Shown in pieces: positions 11,793-25,257 of a DNA stretch of 64,000 bases. The translations under genes were made by a program, and so were the position numbers. Position 1 is the first letter of the stretch, and the number at the start of each line of letters is the position of its first letter. The DNA is taken from positions 659,029 through 723,028 of the forward strand of contig NW_018405225.1 in the NCBI RefSeq assembly GCF_002113885.1. The letters run 5' to 3'. The notes beneath the pieces were generated by a model that did not search any database, was not told the origin of the DNA, and saw nothing but the letters and a program-made list of their open reading frames with translations. This DNA comes from Mizuhopecten yessoensis (Eukaryota).

Positions 11793-14700
11793 GGTATGCT
11801 GAAAGTGGAACAGCGAACATGTACGGGTCTGTACCTCCTAAGAACCTCCCGTTTCCCCTAAGTAACTTTCCTAGTAACTCCATAGACTTTCTTGATCATT
11901 GGCTTTCCAATGTTTCCAACATTTGTCAGCAAGAGGTCATGCCATTTTCTGTCACGTACATGTTCTCTGGGGTATTGAACTCCTCTTCCCCTTACTCTCG
12001 CATATGTTTTGGGTTTATCTCCCCTTATGTTTATTTCTGATGGATTACCTCCCTTGTTCCTGGTTCTGTTATTTGTTCTGAGCACAAATTAATGCACTCT
12101 TTATCAACATCAACCTCGGTAAATAACTTATCTCTGCATCTCTGCCAAAATTATATTTTAAAAAAGGAACTTTCAGTGACCTGAGGATTCATGCCAGACA
12201 CAATAATTTGTTTGATTTTCATTAAAGAGTTCCTCAGCCTATCACCTAATTATGATATTCTTCTACCTACCTCCACCCTTTAGTATCCACCCTATCACAA
12301 CTCACCATCAAATTAATGATAAAAAAATCCCCTTAAAATCTGTTTATTACAATTAGCTAATTTTGAGTTTATTGCCGATGTTCATAGTAAAATACATATC
12401 AAATATTTCCATCACAGTTTGCTAAAAAATTAAATTGCTGTCTTAGATAAAGTGATACAGATGTTTTTGGAGAAAAAAAGAAACTACCGAAAACCTTGAG
12501 AATTTCTTTAAGATGTATTGTAGGGCCTTGTAGAGATCCGAAATAGAACAAATACGTGTATACAATTTTGTGTGATATTGAATTTTTTGAGAGAGGGCCT
12601 GGCTGTTAGACTAAGCAGTGGTAAAGTTCCTATTATTAATAACAGGAGCTGCCGGATCCATGGAAACAGGTTGGTTTCCAGGGAAGATCTCGATCCCCTG
12701 TCATGTGTATGTAAGGTGGCTACAGATTATTTATCATTAGGGTAGCCGAAGAAGACCCCAATATGGAGCTGGTAATTGTTCGTATTCAGTGGGGATGATA
12801 ATGGTCAGAGAAATGGTCAGATTGATGAGAGCGGACAGTACATATAGTGGACAATCCATCTGTAATTATATAGATTTGTAAAGCATCTATCATCAGGACT
12901 GCAGAGTATAAAGTCCTGTTAGCTTACACATTGTACAGAGAATTAAGGCTAGATTTATCTCCCTTTTCATGATTAGGATTACCTAAAACATTCTCTAATG
13001 TTGAGACTGGTTGCATTTATTTGTACCTTTTAAAAGTGCCTTTAATGAGTTTTCCTTTTACAGATGTTAACAGGTTATATTGAACCACTTTTTACATGTG
13101 TCAGCTATATATACATATAGCATGTCCCCTTCAGTAGTCACCTAAACTACTGCTCAAAAGGAAATGTTTATTACAAACCCTGGGATTTAAGGAAAGGGTT
13201 TCATTATTTTATTTTGGTATCTGTCCTGTATGTTTGTTGATACATGCTTATTCATTGAGATTTCAACAGTTTTTGGATTCATCTGTAAAATCATTTTTTA
13301 TACTTTTTCTTCAAAATCAGGGTAACATAGTGAATATGTATTTGACATGTCTTTCTAACATGATGTTGACTGACGGATGTAAGCTGAAAATAAACTGAAA
13401 ATAAGGTTCAAGCAAGTCTCATACAGCTGTCAATACATCAATGTCTTGGTAATGCGAGGTCATATATTCCCCCTGTCCCAGGAGTACATCTAATCATATC
13501 CAGAAATATCACTTTCCACTTTGTGAAGGTGGGAAATATGATATTTTTCTTTGATGCAATTACTTTTATGAATATGAATTGCTTCTCCTTGAGTGCTGGT
13601 GACGCCTGTTTTCTTATAATGGTAAGTTCTTCAAGGTCACTTGCAATTATTTGTTGATTTTCTGTTGAAACAACATTCATGAAATAAATTAAAACAGTAT
13701 TTTTTTTATTTATTACTCAGATGATTTCTACACTTTTGCGTTGTTTTCAATCTATAACTCTGCAGAATGAAGATGAATTAGAAACACTTGTCTATCAAAT
13801 AATTTGAAACTTAAAACACACATTACAAATGTGTTTAAAATACAATCCCCCCCCCCTCTCCCAAATATATGTATCCTAATATTGTATAATTGGACAGAGG
13901 TATTTTCACAAGGCCGCAGTTGTCAAGGCATCTGTTCGTCTATGGTCCTTAAACAACCATAACTGATAGAATGTAAAACATAAACAAAGTATCCTTATTT
14001 ATATATATTGACTAAAAGTTTAAAATACATTTATTTTGTGATGATACATTAATTACCATTGATAAATATCCCTGTTAATTTAAAAAAGTGAATGTTTGTA
14101 TTGTTAGTGTAGAGTTACAAGAGTAATATCAGTTTTATAAGATTTATTGAAACCTAGTTGTTAGTAAACAAATCATACCAAATGAATAAAAAAAATACCT
14201 ACACTCAATTAAAAGTACATTTGTCTTATTCTCAAATTTTAAATGAATAAATACCCCATACAAATAAAAAATCAGAAATAAAATTCAAACAATGAGCAGT
14301 ATCAAGAGATACCGAACACAAATAAAATAGATTTAATTATAGATATAGCCTCTTAGAATATACTTGGACGCAAATTTGATTTAAACAGAAATCAAAAATA
14401 AAATCAAAACAAAAGTTACTGAAACTCAAAAAAAAAAACACTAAAATAAAAACACGCCTAATTTAGTCACTTCTAAATATACTTACTGATAAACTCAAAT
14501 CCATTCATACCTAAATTCAACTGAAGAAGGATCAGTATGATTAATACTCAATACATTACAAGCTGTTTAACCTAGTGTAAAAGCAGGGCTATAATTAGAC
14601 TGATTTGTAGCTGATGGAACCAATATTAAGATGCTATCCTGAATATTAAGTTGTGTGGCTGGAGAAAGCTCACTGAGGTTGAAGGAATGAGTGCATTGTC

Positions 14701-15861
14701 AAGTACCCTCTATGTAAAATTTGCTACAATATTGTATAGCATCCCCCAGGGGACACAGAATTAATCTGTTTTACCAACATGCTTGTAGCAATGGAATAGA
14801 GTCCAGAGAATATGCTGCTGAGGAAGAATAAAGAGATTTCTGACAACATATACACTAACTGAAGTACAAATTTTTCTGAAATCATTCAGAGGACTTTGTG
14901 TCAGTAATGTGTGTGTATTAGCCTATCCTATATACTTAGTGTTGTTTTATATGTGTGGTTTTAATTAAAGTTAAAATACTACATTGTATTGGTATATTGG
15001 GGAATCAGAAATTCACATATTTTCTAAAAAGAGGAATTTAGACAAATTTTTAGACTTTAACAACAAAAATCAAAGCAAAAGCTAAAAATAAGTACGTTTG
15101 TGGAATGGGGAGTACCACATACTGAAACTGGATCTCATACCCTGTTGGATATACAGAGTTATAGCCCTTTGTTCATTTTTATACCAAAATTGTCCCGAGA
15201 TTGAGGACAATGGATCGCTTGCTTTTATTCATCATCATTCAGAATCTCATATGTATGTCAAAGCGGACTGAAATTTAGGTAATGCAGACATTCATGTATA
15301 TATACTGTAATACAGATTGGAATGAATTAAATGCATACACATGGAGAGAAACTGAATTCGTACAAACTTATAATAGGAGAAGACATACACAATAAAGCAG
15401 ACTTTCAGCAGTTTCATCATATATGTTATTAACATATTTAGTGCTGAACAGAGTTTTACTCTTCGATAATACTGATAGAAATCTTCTGTCTAAATCAGAA
15501 ATGATTGATGAAAATCCTCACTACGTATTCATTTTGGGATTCTCAATCATAATCTGTTGATAAATGATGCTCAAACGTCTTTTCTAGAGATTCCTATAAG
15601 GTAGAAAACTTGATTAATGACAAAAGATCAGAGCGATCCCTTCTAAAACTTGAGGATTCCATATTTGTCAGGTAGTCTGTTCAGATTAACTTCATGGCCT
15701 AGAGTGACTGTGACTGATGCAATTAAAGTCGTATTTTAGTTTTAATTTCTGTTAAATCAATACACTCCATTTGACTGCAAATATTTTCTGAAAACATTGG
15801 TTATATGTTTGTTTCCATTCATAGACTTCCTTATTAATGAACATACATCAATAACCAGTAT

Positions 15862-16918
15862 AGTACCACAGTAATACACAGTTTTGTACCACAGTAATAG
15901 ACAGCTTTGTACCACAGTAATACACAGCTTTGTACCACAGTAATACACCGCTTTGTACCACAGTAATACACAGCTTTGTACAACAGTAATACACAGCTTT
16001 GTACCACAGTTATACACAGCTTTGTACCACAGTAATACACCGCTTGTTACCACAGTAATACACAGCTTTGTACAACAGTAATACACCGCTTTGTACCACA
16101 GTAATACACAGCTTTGTACAACAGTAATACACCGCTTTGTACCACAGTAATACACAGCTTTGTACAACAGTAATACACCGCTTTGTACCACAGTAATACA
16201 CAGCTTTGTACCACAGTTATACACAGCTTTGTACCTCAGTAATACACAGCTTTGTACCACAGTAATGCACCGCTTTGTACCACAGTAATACACAGCTTTG
16301 TACAACAGTAATACACAGCTTTGTACCACAGTAATACACATGCAGCTTTGTACCACGGTAATACCCATCTTTGTACCAGGGTAATACCAAGCTTTGTACC
16401 ATTATAATACCCAGCTTTGTACCACAGTAATACACATCTTTGTACCATGATAATACCCAGCTTTGTACCATGATAATACCCAGCTTTGTACTACGGTAAA
16501 ACCCATCTTTGTACCACGGTAATACCCATCTTTGTACCATGATAATACCCAGCTTTGTACCACAGTAATACCCAGCTTTTGTACCACAGTAATACCCAGT
16601 TTTGTACCACAGTAATACACATGCAGCTTTGTACCACGGTAATACCCATCTTTGTACCAGGGAAATACCCAGCTTTGTACCAGGGTAATACCCAGCTTTG
16701 TACCAGGGTAATACCCATCTTTGTACCCGGTAATACCCATCTTTGTACCAGGGTAATACCCAGCTTTGTACCAGGGTAATACCCAGATTTGTACCAGGGT
16801 AATACCCAGCTTTGTACCACGGTAATACACATGCAGCTTTGTACCATGATAATACCCAGCTTTGTACCAGGGTAATACCCAGCTTTGTACCAGGGTAATG
16901 CACAGCTTTGTACCACGG
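15862..16918. repeat. 23-bp minisatellite (CAGCTTTGTACCACAGTAATACA) with polar variant turnover
   Basis: Left-hand units end in TACACAG/TACACCG. Right-hand units carry CAGGGTAATACCCAG or CATGATAATACCCAG. Confidence 0.95.
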
Positions 16919-18538
16919 CACATGTACCATACATCAATACATATGTACCATACATCTAGGCATACCTATATGTTATATGCTTCAATAATTACTCATATAC
17001 ACAGGTTAAATACATATTATACTATATCATGTTCATCATCATAACTAAAAAGGAACTATGACATATTCTCTGTGGTTGTCAATGCCAGGATATAATAATA
17101 GTTTTTGTAAACTTTTGTTTTTTGATAAAAAAGATTTTCCTAAGACAGCCTCACCATTAACATTGAATGGACAGAAAAAAAGTTTGCAATCATGGTCAAA
17201 AATAAACATTTAGGGAGGAACCAATCATCAAATAAACATTTAAAAAGAAATGTTACATACGGAAATCATAAATTTACTTGCACTATTGATTGTATTTAAT
17301 GAAATCTTTTGTTCAGGATGATGAAGGTCTTGGTATGTGTTATTCAACGAACATTTAGAGAGTGATCTGCCTAGAGTTTCTAGTTTGACACGATTGTCGA
17401 TAGTCATGAAACGAGACACAGAACTTTGAACCACGTATGTGTTTGCTGACAAGAAAACATTCCCCCATGATAGGAAATGTGATCGTACAACTCTGTATTT
17501 TGACATGCTTGCCTACTGTTGCAGTCTGTTGATCATAGACGATTGATCTGAAGGAGTGATGATCAAGCGTTATATATGTATTGTACTGTAACATCAGGCT
17601 GTGATCAGATAGCCAAAGCGAGGCTGATTTTGAAGTGCAGAGTTTACGACCTCTCTTATGTAATGGCATTTTAATTTTGCTGTTGAGTACTAAGTAAATT
17701 GAGGTACAGCAATAGAAGAGAGTAGACACGCAAGTTATCTGCCCTTGACACACACGCAACCTTGATGTTACATGTTAGATGTTATCGCAGGGAAGGTCTC
17801 GTGGGGAACTGTAGACAATCGGTTGGAACAGTTGCCCACACACTTCTAAGAGAAAAATATAACAAATGACTTCAACCTCAAAAACGTTTTGTTGTAATCA
17901 GTGGAGGACAATAAACGAATAATGTCCCAAAAGTCAAATTATACTTAATACATAAATCAGTCCATACCTTGGTTTTGAAGAAGATACTTGGCAAATATTG
18001 CTAGGATATTATGGAGTTTTTCATCTGTAATAGGCACAGGCTAGGTGTTGTTTTTCAAAATGAAATTGTGCACTTTGATTATCATCAGTTTTGATCAAAG
18101 CATGCAGAATAGCATTTATTCACAAAAAAAAATCTTTTTGATTTGAAGATATTCTCTTGTCATGTCATACAAACCTCACAAAGGAATAAGACAATATGCT
18201 GAGGCAGTGAATATATAAGTCTTCTCTATAAGAGGCCCTTCATTTGTGAAGTTCACTGTTCTAAACATAGTGGTCATGGACGTATCAATGCTACTGTAGT
18301 GGTATCACATTACATTGTTTAAGACTGCTGTTTTCTGTTATTTTTCTGATAAAGTCAGCAATGTGTTTTATGGGGAAAACTCAAGGATTTGAACCGAGGA
18401 CCCAATCCATTTTAACATAAACTCATGACCACTACAGTGAAATTATGTCTTCTTATACAACAATTGTCCCAAAAAGTAATTTTTGACAAAGATAGATCAA
18501 GTACAGGTAATATCATATATTTTTTCTGCACATTTCAG

Positions 18539-18600
18539 AAATCAATTGGTGGACGGATCACGGAAGAGAAAATCTTGGTGATGCATCACCCTATTTTCAG
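18539..18600 (+). CDS. NOS1AP: NOS1AP/CAPON-like PTB adaptor, internal coding exon (KSIGGRITEEKILVMHHPIF-R)
   Basis: Acceptor tttttctgcacatttcag| at 18538 and donor AG|gtttgt at 18601. The peptide resembles the vertebrate CAPON segment DESKMLVMQDPIYR. It ends in phase 2 (AG) and the first base of the next exon completes codon AGA. Confidence 0.88.
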
Positions 18601-19945
18601 GTTTGTGGACTGCCCTTTATAAGTGTAAATCAATGGCCGATCTAATATCAATTTAAGATATTGTAACTATGCATCTGAAACTGTGTTATTACATGACCAT
18701 AGTTTTACTAAATCCTTTAGGAAAAGATTGCAGGACTTTGTGGAAAAAACCCAAAGGTAACATAAACAAAATACAATCAACATCATCCGAGTGTAAGAAT
18801 TAAGCAGGGTTATACACGGATTTAAACCCTGGACCTCGATTGTTACACTGTAGCTGTGAGCTACCTCACTCAGGTCAACACAAGTGTCTTGCTACGGCAA
18901 TATCCAAAACCAAATTAAGGGGAGGTTACTGCATATATTAAGAAACCATTAAGAAAAAAGAGTTTAGAGGGACAGAGATCCAATTAACCAGAGTGACAAT
19001 TCTAAAACAGCTTCTATGAATTTTTTACCTTGATTTATTAAAAATGTTTCAAATTCAACTTTTTTCACATTGACCTCATTTATTGTGCGACACACTTCCT
19101 TTCCGTGGTTTCATATACAAAGTTCATATCCAAATCAGCTCACAGGAGTAGATGCCTTTTTGTAATTTGGAAACTTAATAATAATTTAAATTTCATCAAA
19201 GATTTAAGATGAAGCTGTTCTTCACCAAAAATGAATGACCTGTATTTAGGCTACCAAGATAACTTTTTAGGTAAGAGAGTGCCAACTCATTTCTACTGCA
19301 GATGTGTATTGAAAAGTTATATTCCTGTTCAGTTGAATTTGAAATCCACATATAAAACCTGTATATAATAACTTTATGATGGTGATCGGGAGGTGTTGTG
19401 TACATCCATTGATGAAGGAGATGAATACCACAGTAACTGATTCCCATAATACCTCACAAAAAATGATTTCCGATGTAACTTTTGGGAGGCCTGATAAGTG
19501 ACCTATTTCCCCTCTTATATGTGGCACTTTTCAGTTTTCTGAGAGTTAAATGACCTCAATGGAGATAATCTAATTGTTCCCCGACATTTTCCTATACATA
19601 GAAGGTACTGGTTTTGTACCGTAAAGGGTCATTCAGTTCAAAACAAATCACCTCATAATAAATATCAGAATTAAATATGGGCAATTTGATCAATACTATA
19701 ACAGTTATAAGTATTATCTATGATAATTAGGTCATTGCAGTAATATCAGTCAATGAGTGCTTTATATAAATATATTCAAATTTACTGGCTTCGTTTATAT
19801 TTTGGTTTGAAAAAAGAAGCATTCAGCATGCATTGCCCTGACCACAAAGCTCTAGTTTTAATGAAGAACAAAGGTCAAGGTCAATGTTACTATAAATAGT
19901 ATATATTTGTCATTGCTTCAGTGGCTTAACTTGTTTTTATATGAC

Positions 19946-20068
19946 CTGGGCCCACTTGTATAAAACATTTCAACTCATTGAGATTTCCTCAAGTCTAAGA
20001 TTTCCCATAGACAATACATTGTTTGAAATTTTTCTTAACATTGAGATGTTTTATACAAGTGGGCCCAG
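19946..20068. mobile_element. 123-bp MITE with perfect 23-bp terminal inverted repeats, PIF/Harbinger-like
   Basis: CTGGGCCCACTTGTATAAAACAT ... ATGTTTTATACAAGTGGGCCCAG. The outer CTG/CAG may be a CWG target site. The superfamily is inferred. Confidence 0.8.
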
Positions 20069-20183
20069 AGTCTCAAATATTTGACCTTGAACTACTTTCT
20101 AGATCACAGTATGTTCAACATGAAAACCATTGTAATAAAACTAAATTTATAATACCAGTATATTGTGTGTTTTTTCCTTGTAG

Positions 20184-20292
20184 AATTTTCTATGTGTCAC
20201 ATGACTCCCAGGACCTGAAGATCTGGAGCTACATAGCTAGAGATGGACCCACCAATGTGTTCAAATGTAATGTGTTCAAGGCTTATAAAAAG
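20184..20292 (+). CDS. NOS1AP: NOS1AP/CAPON PTB-domain exon ([36 protein letters not shown])
   Basis: Acceptor ttttttccttgtag| and donor AAG|gtaagg. Near-identical to the CAPON PTB signature [29 protein letters not shown]. Phase 2 in, phase 0 out. Confidence 0.96.
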
Positions 20293-21692
20293 GTAAGGCT
20301 TTCAACTTTTTCAGTGACACAAATTGCTCTATACTTTCGTTGTACAGCAAACATCCAAGATCATCACAGACGACCTTGGCTAAGTGACACGATCTACCAC
20401 TTTATGTTGGAGGTCCTAAGCTATAGATACAGTGGGTAGAGTGGTGGACTCCAATTCATTCTGTGTATACCAATGAAGGTTTATCAATGGTATTTGTTTC
20501 AGCACTTTTTGACTTCGAAAAAATAATTAAGGGACATAGCACTAATTAAAAAGAACAAAATAATGTTCTTAACTGATTAGTAATATTGCATGGTTAATCA
20601 AGAGGGCTGGGTCCTCCTGGTTTAACAGCTGTGATTGATGTCAGCTGCCTTGTCACCTGTACGACTTTTGTGCAGTAAATGTAGGAGAATTCACTCTACA
20701 AGCTCAGCGTGAATGTATTCCTAATCACTCCAACACATGTTCATTTTTGTTTTTCCAATTATTTATGAGAAGATGTTTGGAAATTAAGTGTGTTTTGTGT
20801 AAGATTTATTGATGGAGTTATACACAATCACACTTTCGTAATTGCTAAACAGCTTGCCTGAGCCTCAGAATTAAATGCTAAACGTGCAGGTTTGTTTTTG
20901 AGTGGTAAGGAGAGATAAGCACATGTATTACACTTCAAAACAACAAACATGAAGGAAAGTAAAGGATATGTAAGTATTATATGATAACACTTTGTAGATG
21001 AATCATAATATTCTTCAACCCAGATGAACAAGTATTAAATTTTGTCAGGATTTTCAATCCACAAAAAAAAACCCATCTACTTGGGGAAGGGACATAACTC
21101 AATATTGAAAAAGTTGAATTGAGTTTTTGGCAAGGGAAAGCATTATAAATTGTTTTCAATTTTTAATCTGCACTTTTCTCACCATTTTCCTGGGTTCATT
21201 GAAGTACACTGAAGTACGAAATGTGTGCAATGCAAGTTTTCTTCTATATATTGGCTCAGATTTCAATTTTGGGGATTTACTCTTGTTGCAAATTGGTTTT
21301 ATATTTTGGCACCTGAAGTATACATTGTTCTAAACCTGTAGTTATAGTGGAAGCATCATTCCTTCTACAGTATTCTTAGAGGTCATCAAGTGTTATACAC
21401 CGAAGGTGTGAAATGGAACAGAACTAATCTACACAATTTCTTGGAATAAACAGAACATATATGGTTAATTTACTCTATCATGAACTAGATATAAAAGACG
21501 TGCCAATGTTTTATTTTATTTTCAAAGTGTGTGTGGCTTCTCTAGGCTTCATGTACTGTTCTGACTGAAAGAACTAATTCATGTACTATGCTGATGAAAA
21601 TTAAATCTAAACTTTATTTAAAACTTAAAAGAATTGATTTATAGGTTTTGCCCGTTTTTCAGATGTGTACTTGTGTTATTCCTAGTAGTTTT

Positions 21693-22405
21693 CCAAGTGT
21701 TGGTATCATGGGTTGCCAAGTGTTGGTATCATGGGTTGCCAAGTGTTGGTATCATGGGTTGCCAAGTGTTGGTATCATGGGTTGCCAAGTGTTGGTATCA
21801 TGGGTTGCCAAGTGTTGGTATCATGGGTTGCCAAGTGTTGGTATCATGGGTTGCCAAGTGTTGGTATCATGGGTTGCCAAGTGTTGGTATCATGGGTTGC
21901 CAAGTGTTGGTATCATGGGTTGCCAAGTGTTGGTATCATGGGTTGCCAAGTGTTGGTATCATGGGTTGCCAAGTGTTGGTATCATGGGTTGCCAAGTGTT
22001 GGTATCATGGGTTGCCAAGTGTTGGTATCATGGGTTGCCAAGTGTTGGTATCATGGGTTGCCAAGTGTTGGTATCATGGGTTGCCAAGTGTTGGTATCAT
22101 GGGTTGCCAAGTGTTGGTATCATGGGTTGCCAAGTGTTGGTATCATGGGTTGCCAAGTGTTGGTATCATGGGTTGCCAAGTGTTGGTATCATGGGTTGCC
22201 AAGTGTTGGTATCATGGGTTGCCAAGTGTTGGTATCATGGGTTGCCAAGTGTTGGTATCATGGGTTGCCAAGTGTTGGTATCATGGGTTGCCAAGTGTTG
22301 GTATCATGGGTTGCCAAGTGTTGGTATCATGGGTTGCCAAGTGTTGGTATCATGGGTTGCCAAGTGTTGGTATCATGGGTTGCCAAGTGTTGGTATCATG
22401 GGTTG
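21693..22405. repeat. 31 x 23-bp minisatellite CCAAGTGTTGGTATCATGGGTTG
   Basis: 713 bp = 31 x 23 and I saw no variant units. It explains the three overlapping PSVGIMGCQVLVSWVAKCWYHGL ORFs. Confidence 0.98.
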
Positions 22406-23104
22406 CACATCAAGATAAACAGTATTTGGTTTTACTTTATGAAATGTTTGAGAAATAGTTTTGTGAAATGTGTTTCTTTAGGGACTTAAGCTTCACCTAG
22501 GCGGTAATCTTGTATTTTAGGGTTGAGCTGAGCGGAATTATGTTTTACAATGTAATTCATACTTGGTTCCTTTTATTTTTCTCAACAAGATAGCTTTTCA
22601 AGAATGATGCCTAACCCTTGTATCTATCAATCGTATTCCAAAATTTAACAATACCATACTGACGACATCCTTTGATTGGTTGGGTTTGTAGATTTACCAA
22701 TACTTTGCCTTGTTTTCATCATCCAAATGTTTTCTGGGGTAATATGTCGATCAGTACGAACTCTGGAATGGTGTATTATATTTAGCCATTCATCACAGTT
22801 TCCTATGGTAATCATAATGTATCACACAATCAATGGTGAACCAGCTATCACTGTTGGTCAGAATAAAAAAACATGTGTATCAAAATAACTCTGATGTAAT
22901 GACTGCTGACAGGTCATAAGAATAGCCTTATTTCTTGATTTCTTTTTAACCAATCAGAATCCAAACTTTTAAAGGCTGCTGATCAGACCCATCTACCTAT
23001 CTCCTTAGTGTGATACCTCCAGGAGAAAATCGACATGTTATCAGATTGTTTATGTTTTCCTTGGCAGACATTTTGGCAACAGATGGTAAATGTGGTAGTG
23101 TGTA

Positions 23105-25161
23105 AACACTTGATATGTCTGAAGGAGTCCACAGAAGATTATCAGACGGCGAGGGGGATTACTTCAGTATGTGGGCCTATATTTATACCCCTTCCTCATC
23201 ATTGGCTTAAAACATATTATGGAACATCAGGTTTTAAGTTCTCCTCGCTATACACCGAGTACTGTAAGATAGTGCTCTAGCTAGTACTTTCATTAATCAG
23301 AGAAAATGCAAATTCATCTTAATACATAGGTAGGAATATCATCTTGGCCTTCTGCCCCAGAATTCAATTCAATTCGAAGTCTTCCCTGTCCCCTTCAATA
23401 TCCTTGCTGCTCCATCTTACCCGGAGTCTTCCCTGTCCCCTTCAATATCCTTGCTTCTCCACCCTGCAGGCCTGCTGTATATCTTGTTACTAAGACTGTT
23501 CCTCATTGCTCTGCCACCCTTTGCCTCCCTGTTACTTATCTCCCCTCCCCACTGTTATAATATCCAGTTTAGCTAAGCAATGCATCTGGAACAGAACAAC
23601 TATTTTTGTGTATATGATAGAAATACAGAACCCAGATTACCATACGTTCTGAGGTTAGAGAGTAGTAGGAGGAGGAGGAGCGGGGCGGGGCACATTGATG
23701 TATAGCTGAATATTTCAATTAAAATACAACACTTGATATGTCTGAAGGAGTCTACAGAAGATTATCAGACGGCGAGGGGGATTACTTCAGTATGTGGGCC
23801 TATATTTATACCCCTTCCTCATCATTGGCTTAAAACATATTATGGAACATCAGGTTTTAAGTTCTCCTCGCTATACACCGAGTACTGTAAGATAGTGCTC
23901 TAGCTAGTACTTTCATTAATCAGAGAAAATGCAAATTCATCTTAATACATAGGTAGGAATATCATCTTGGCCTTCTGCCCCAGGATTCAATTCAATTCGA
24001 AGTCTTCCCTGTCCCCTTCAGTATCCTTGCTGCTCCATCTTACCCAAAGTCTTCCCTATCCCCTTCAATATGCTTGCTGCTCCATCTTACCTGAAAACTT
24101 CTCTGTCCCCTTCAATATCATTGCTGCTCCATCTTACCCGAAGTCCTCCCTATCCCCTTCATTATCCTTGCTGCTCCATCTTACCACAAGTCTTCCCTGT
24201 CCCCTTCAATATGCTTGCTGCTCCATCTTACCCAAAGGCTTCCCTGTCCCCTTCAATATCCTTGCTTCTCCACCCTGCAGGCCTGCTGTATATCTTGTTA
24301 CTAAGACTGTTCCTCATTGCTCTGCCACCCTTTGCCTCCCTGTTACTTATCTCCCCTCCCCATTGTTATAATATCCAGTTTAGCTAAGCAATGCATCTGG
24401 AACAGAACAACTATTTTTGTGTATATGATAGAAATACAGAACCCAGATTACCATACGTTCTGAGGTTAGAGAGTAGTAGGAGGAGGAGGAGCGGGGCGGG
24501 GCACATTGATGTATAGCTGAATATTTCAATTAAAATACAACACTTGATATGTCTGAAGGAGTCTACAGAAGATTATCAGACGGCGAGGGGGATTACTTCA
24601 GTATGTGGGCCTATATTTATACCCCTTCCTCATCATTGGCTTAAAACATATTATGGAACATCAGGTTTTAAGTTCTCCTCGCTATACACCGAGTACTGTA
24701 AGATAGTGCTCTAGCTAGTACTTTCATTAATCAGAGAAAATGCAAATTCATCTTAATACATAGGTAGGAATATCATCTTGGCCTTCTGCCCCAGGATTCA
24801 ATTCAATTCGAAGTCTTCCCTGTCCCCTTCAATATCCTTGCTGCTCCATCTTACCCGGAATCTTCTCTGTCCCCTTCAATATCCTTGCTGCTCCACCCTG
24901 CAGGCCTGCTGTATATCTTGTTACTCAGACTGTTCCTCATTGCTCTGCCACCCTTTGCCTCCCTGTTACTTATCTCCCCTCCCCATTGTTATAATATCCA
25001 GTTTAGCTAAGCAATGCATCTGGAACAGAACAACTATTTTTGTGTATATGATAGAAATACAGAACCCAGATTACCATACGTTCTGAGGTTAGAGAGTAGT
25101 AGGAGGAGGAGGAGCGGGGCGGGGCACATTGATGTATAGCTGAATATTTCAATTAAAATAC
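23105..25161. repeat. Tandem triplication (623/811/623 bp) with a nested 47-bp minisatellite
   Basis: Units start with AACACTTGATATGTCTGAAGGAG at 23105, 23728 and 24539. The length difference of 188 bp equals 4 x 47 bp (GAAGTCTTCCCTGTCCCCTTCAATATCCTTGCTGCTCCATCTTACCC). Confidence 0.96.
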
Positions 25162-25257
25162 ATGTAATAGTTATTGATATACCGTATTATATGATGTAAG
25201 AGTTAAGTTAATTATATTGTACAGTGCTTTTGTCAACAGCAATTTAAAGTTACTTAA

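Noticed and set aside
15757-16955. Cys/Tyr-rich minus-strand ORFs
   Set aside because: The 23-bp repeat read through rotating frames.
17240-17760. Higher-complexity segment with 88- and 134-aa minus-strand ORFs
   Set aside because: No recognisable domain; it may be a decayed element but cannot be supported without a search.
8200-18500. Search for the preceding PTB exon (YEFKAK..VSVDGVKV..KKK)
   Set aside because: Not found by eye; it is probably upstream of the window, though a small exon could have been missed.
21634-22489. Three overlapping ~260-aa ORFs
   Set aside because: A stop-free 23-bp unit gives the same peptide in all three frames; no splice or homology support.
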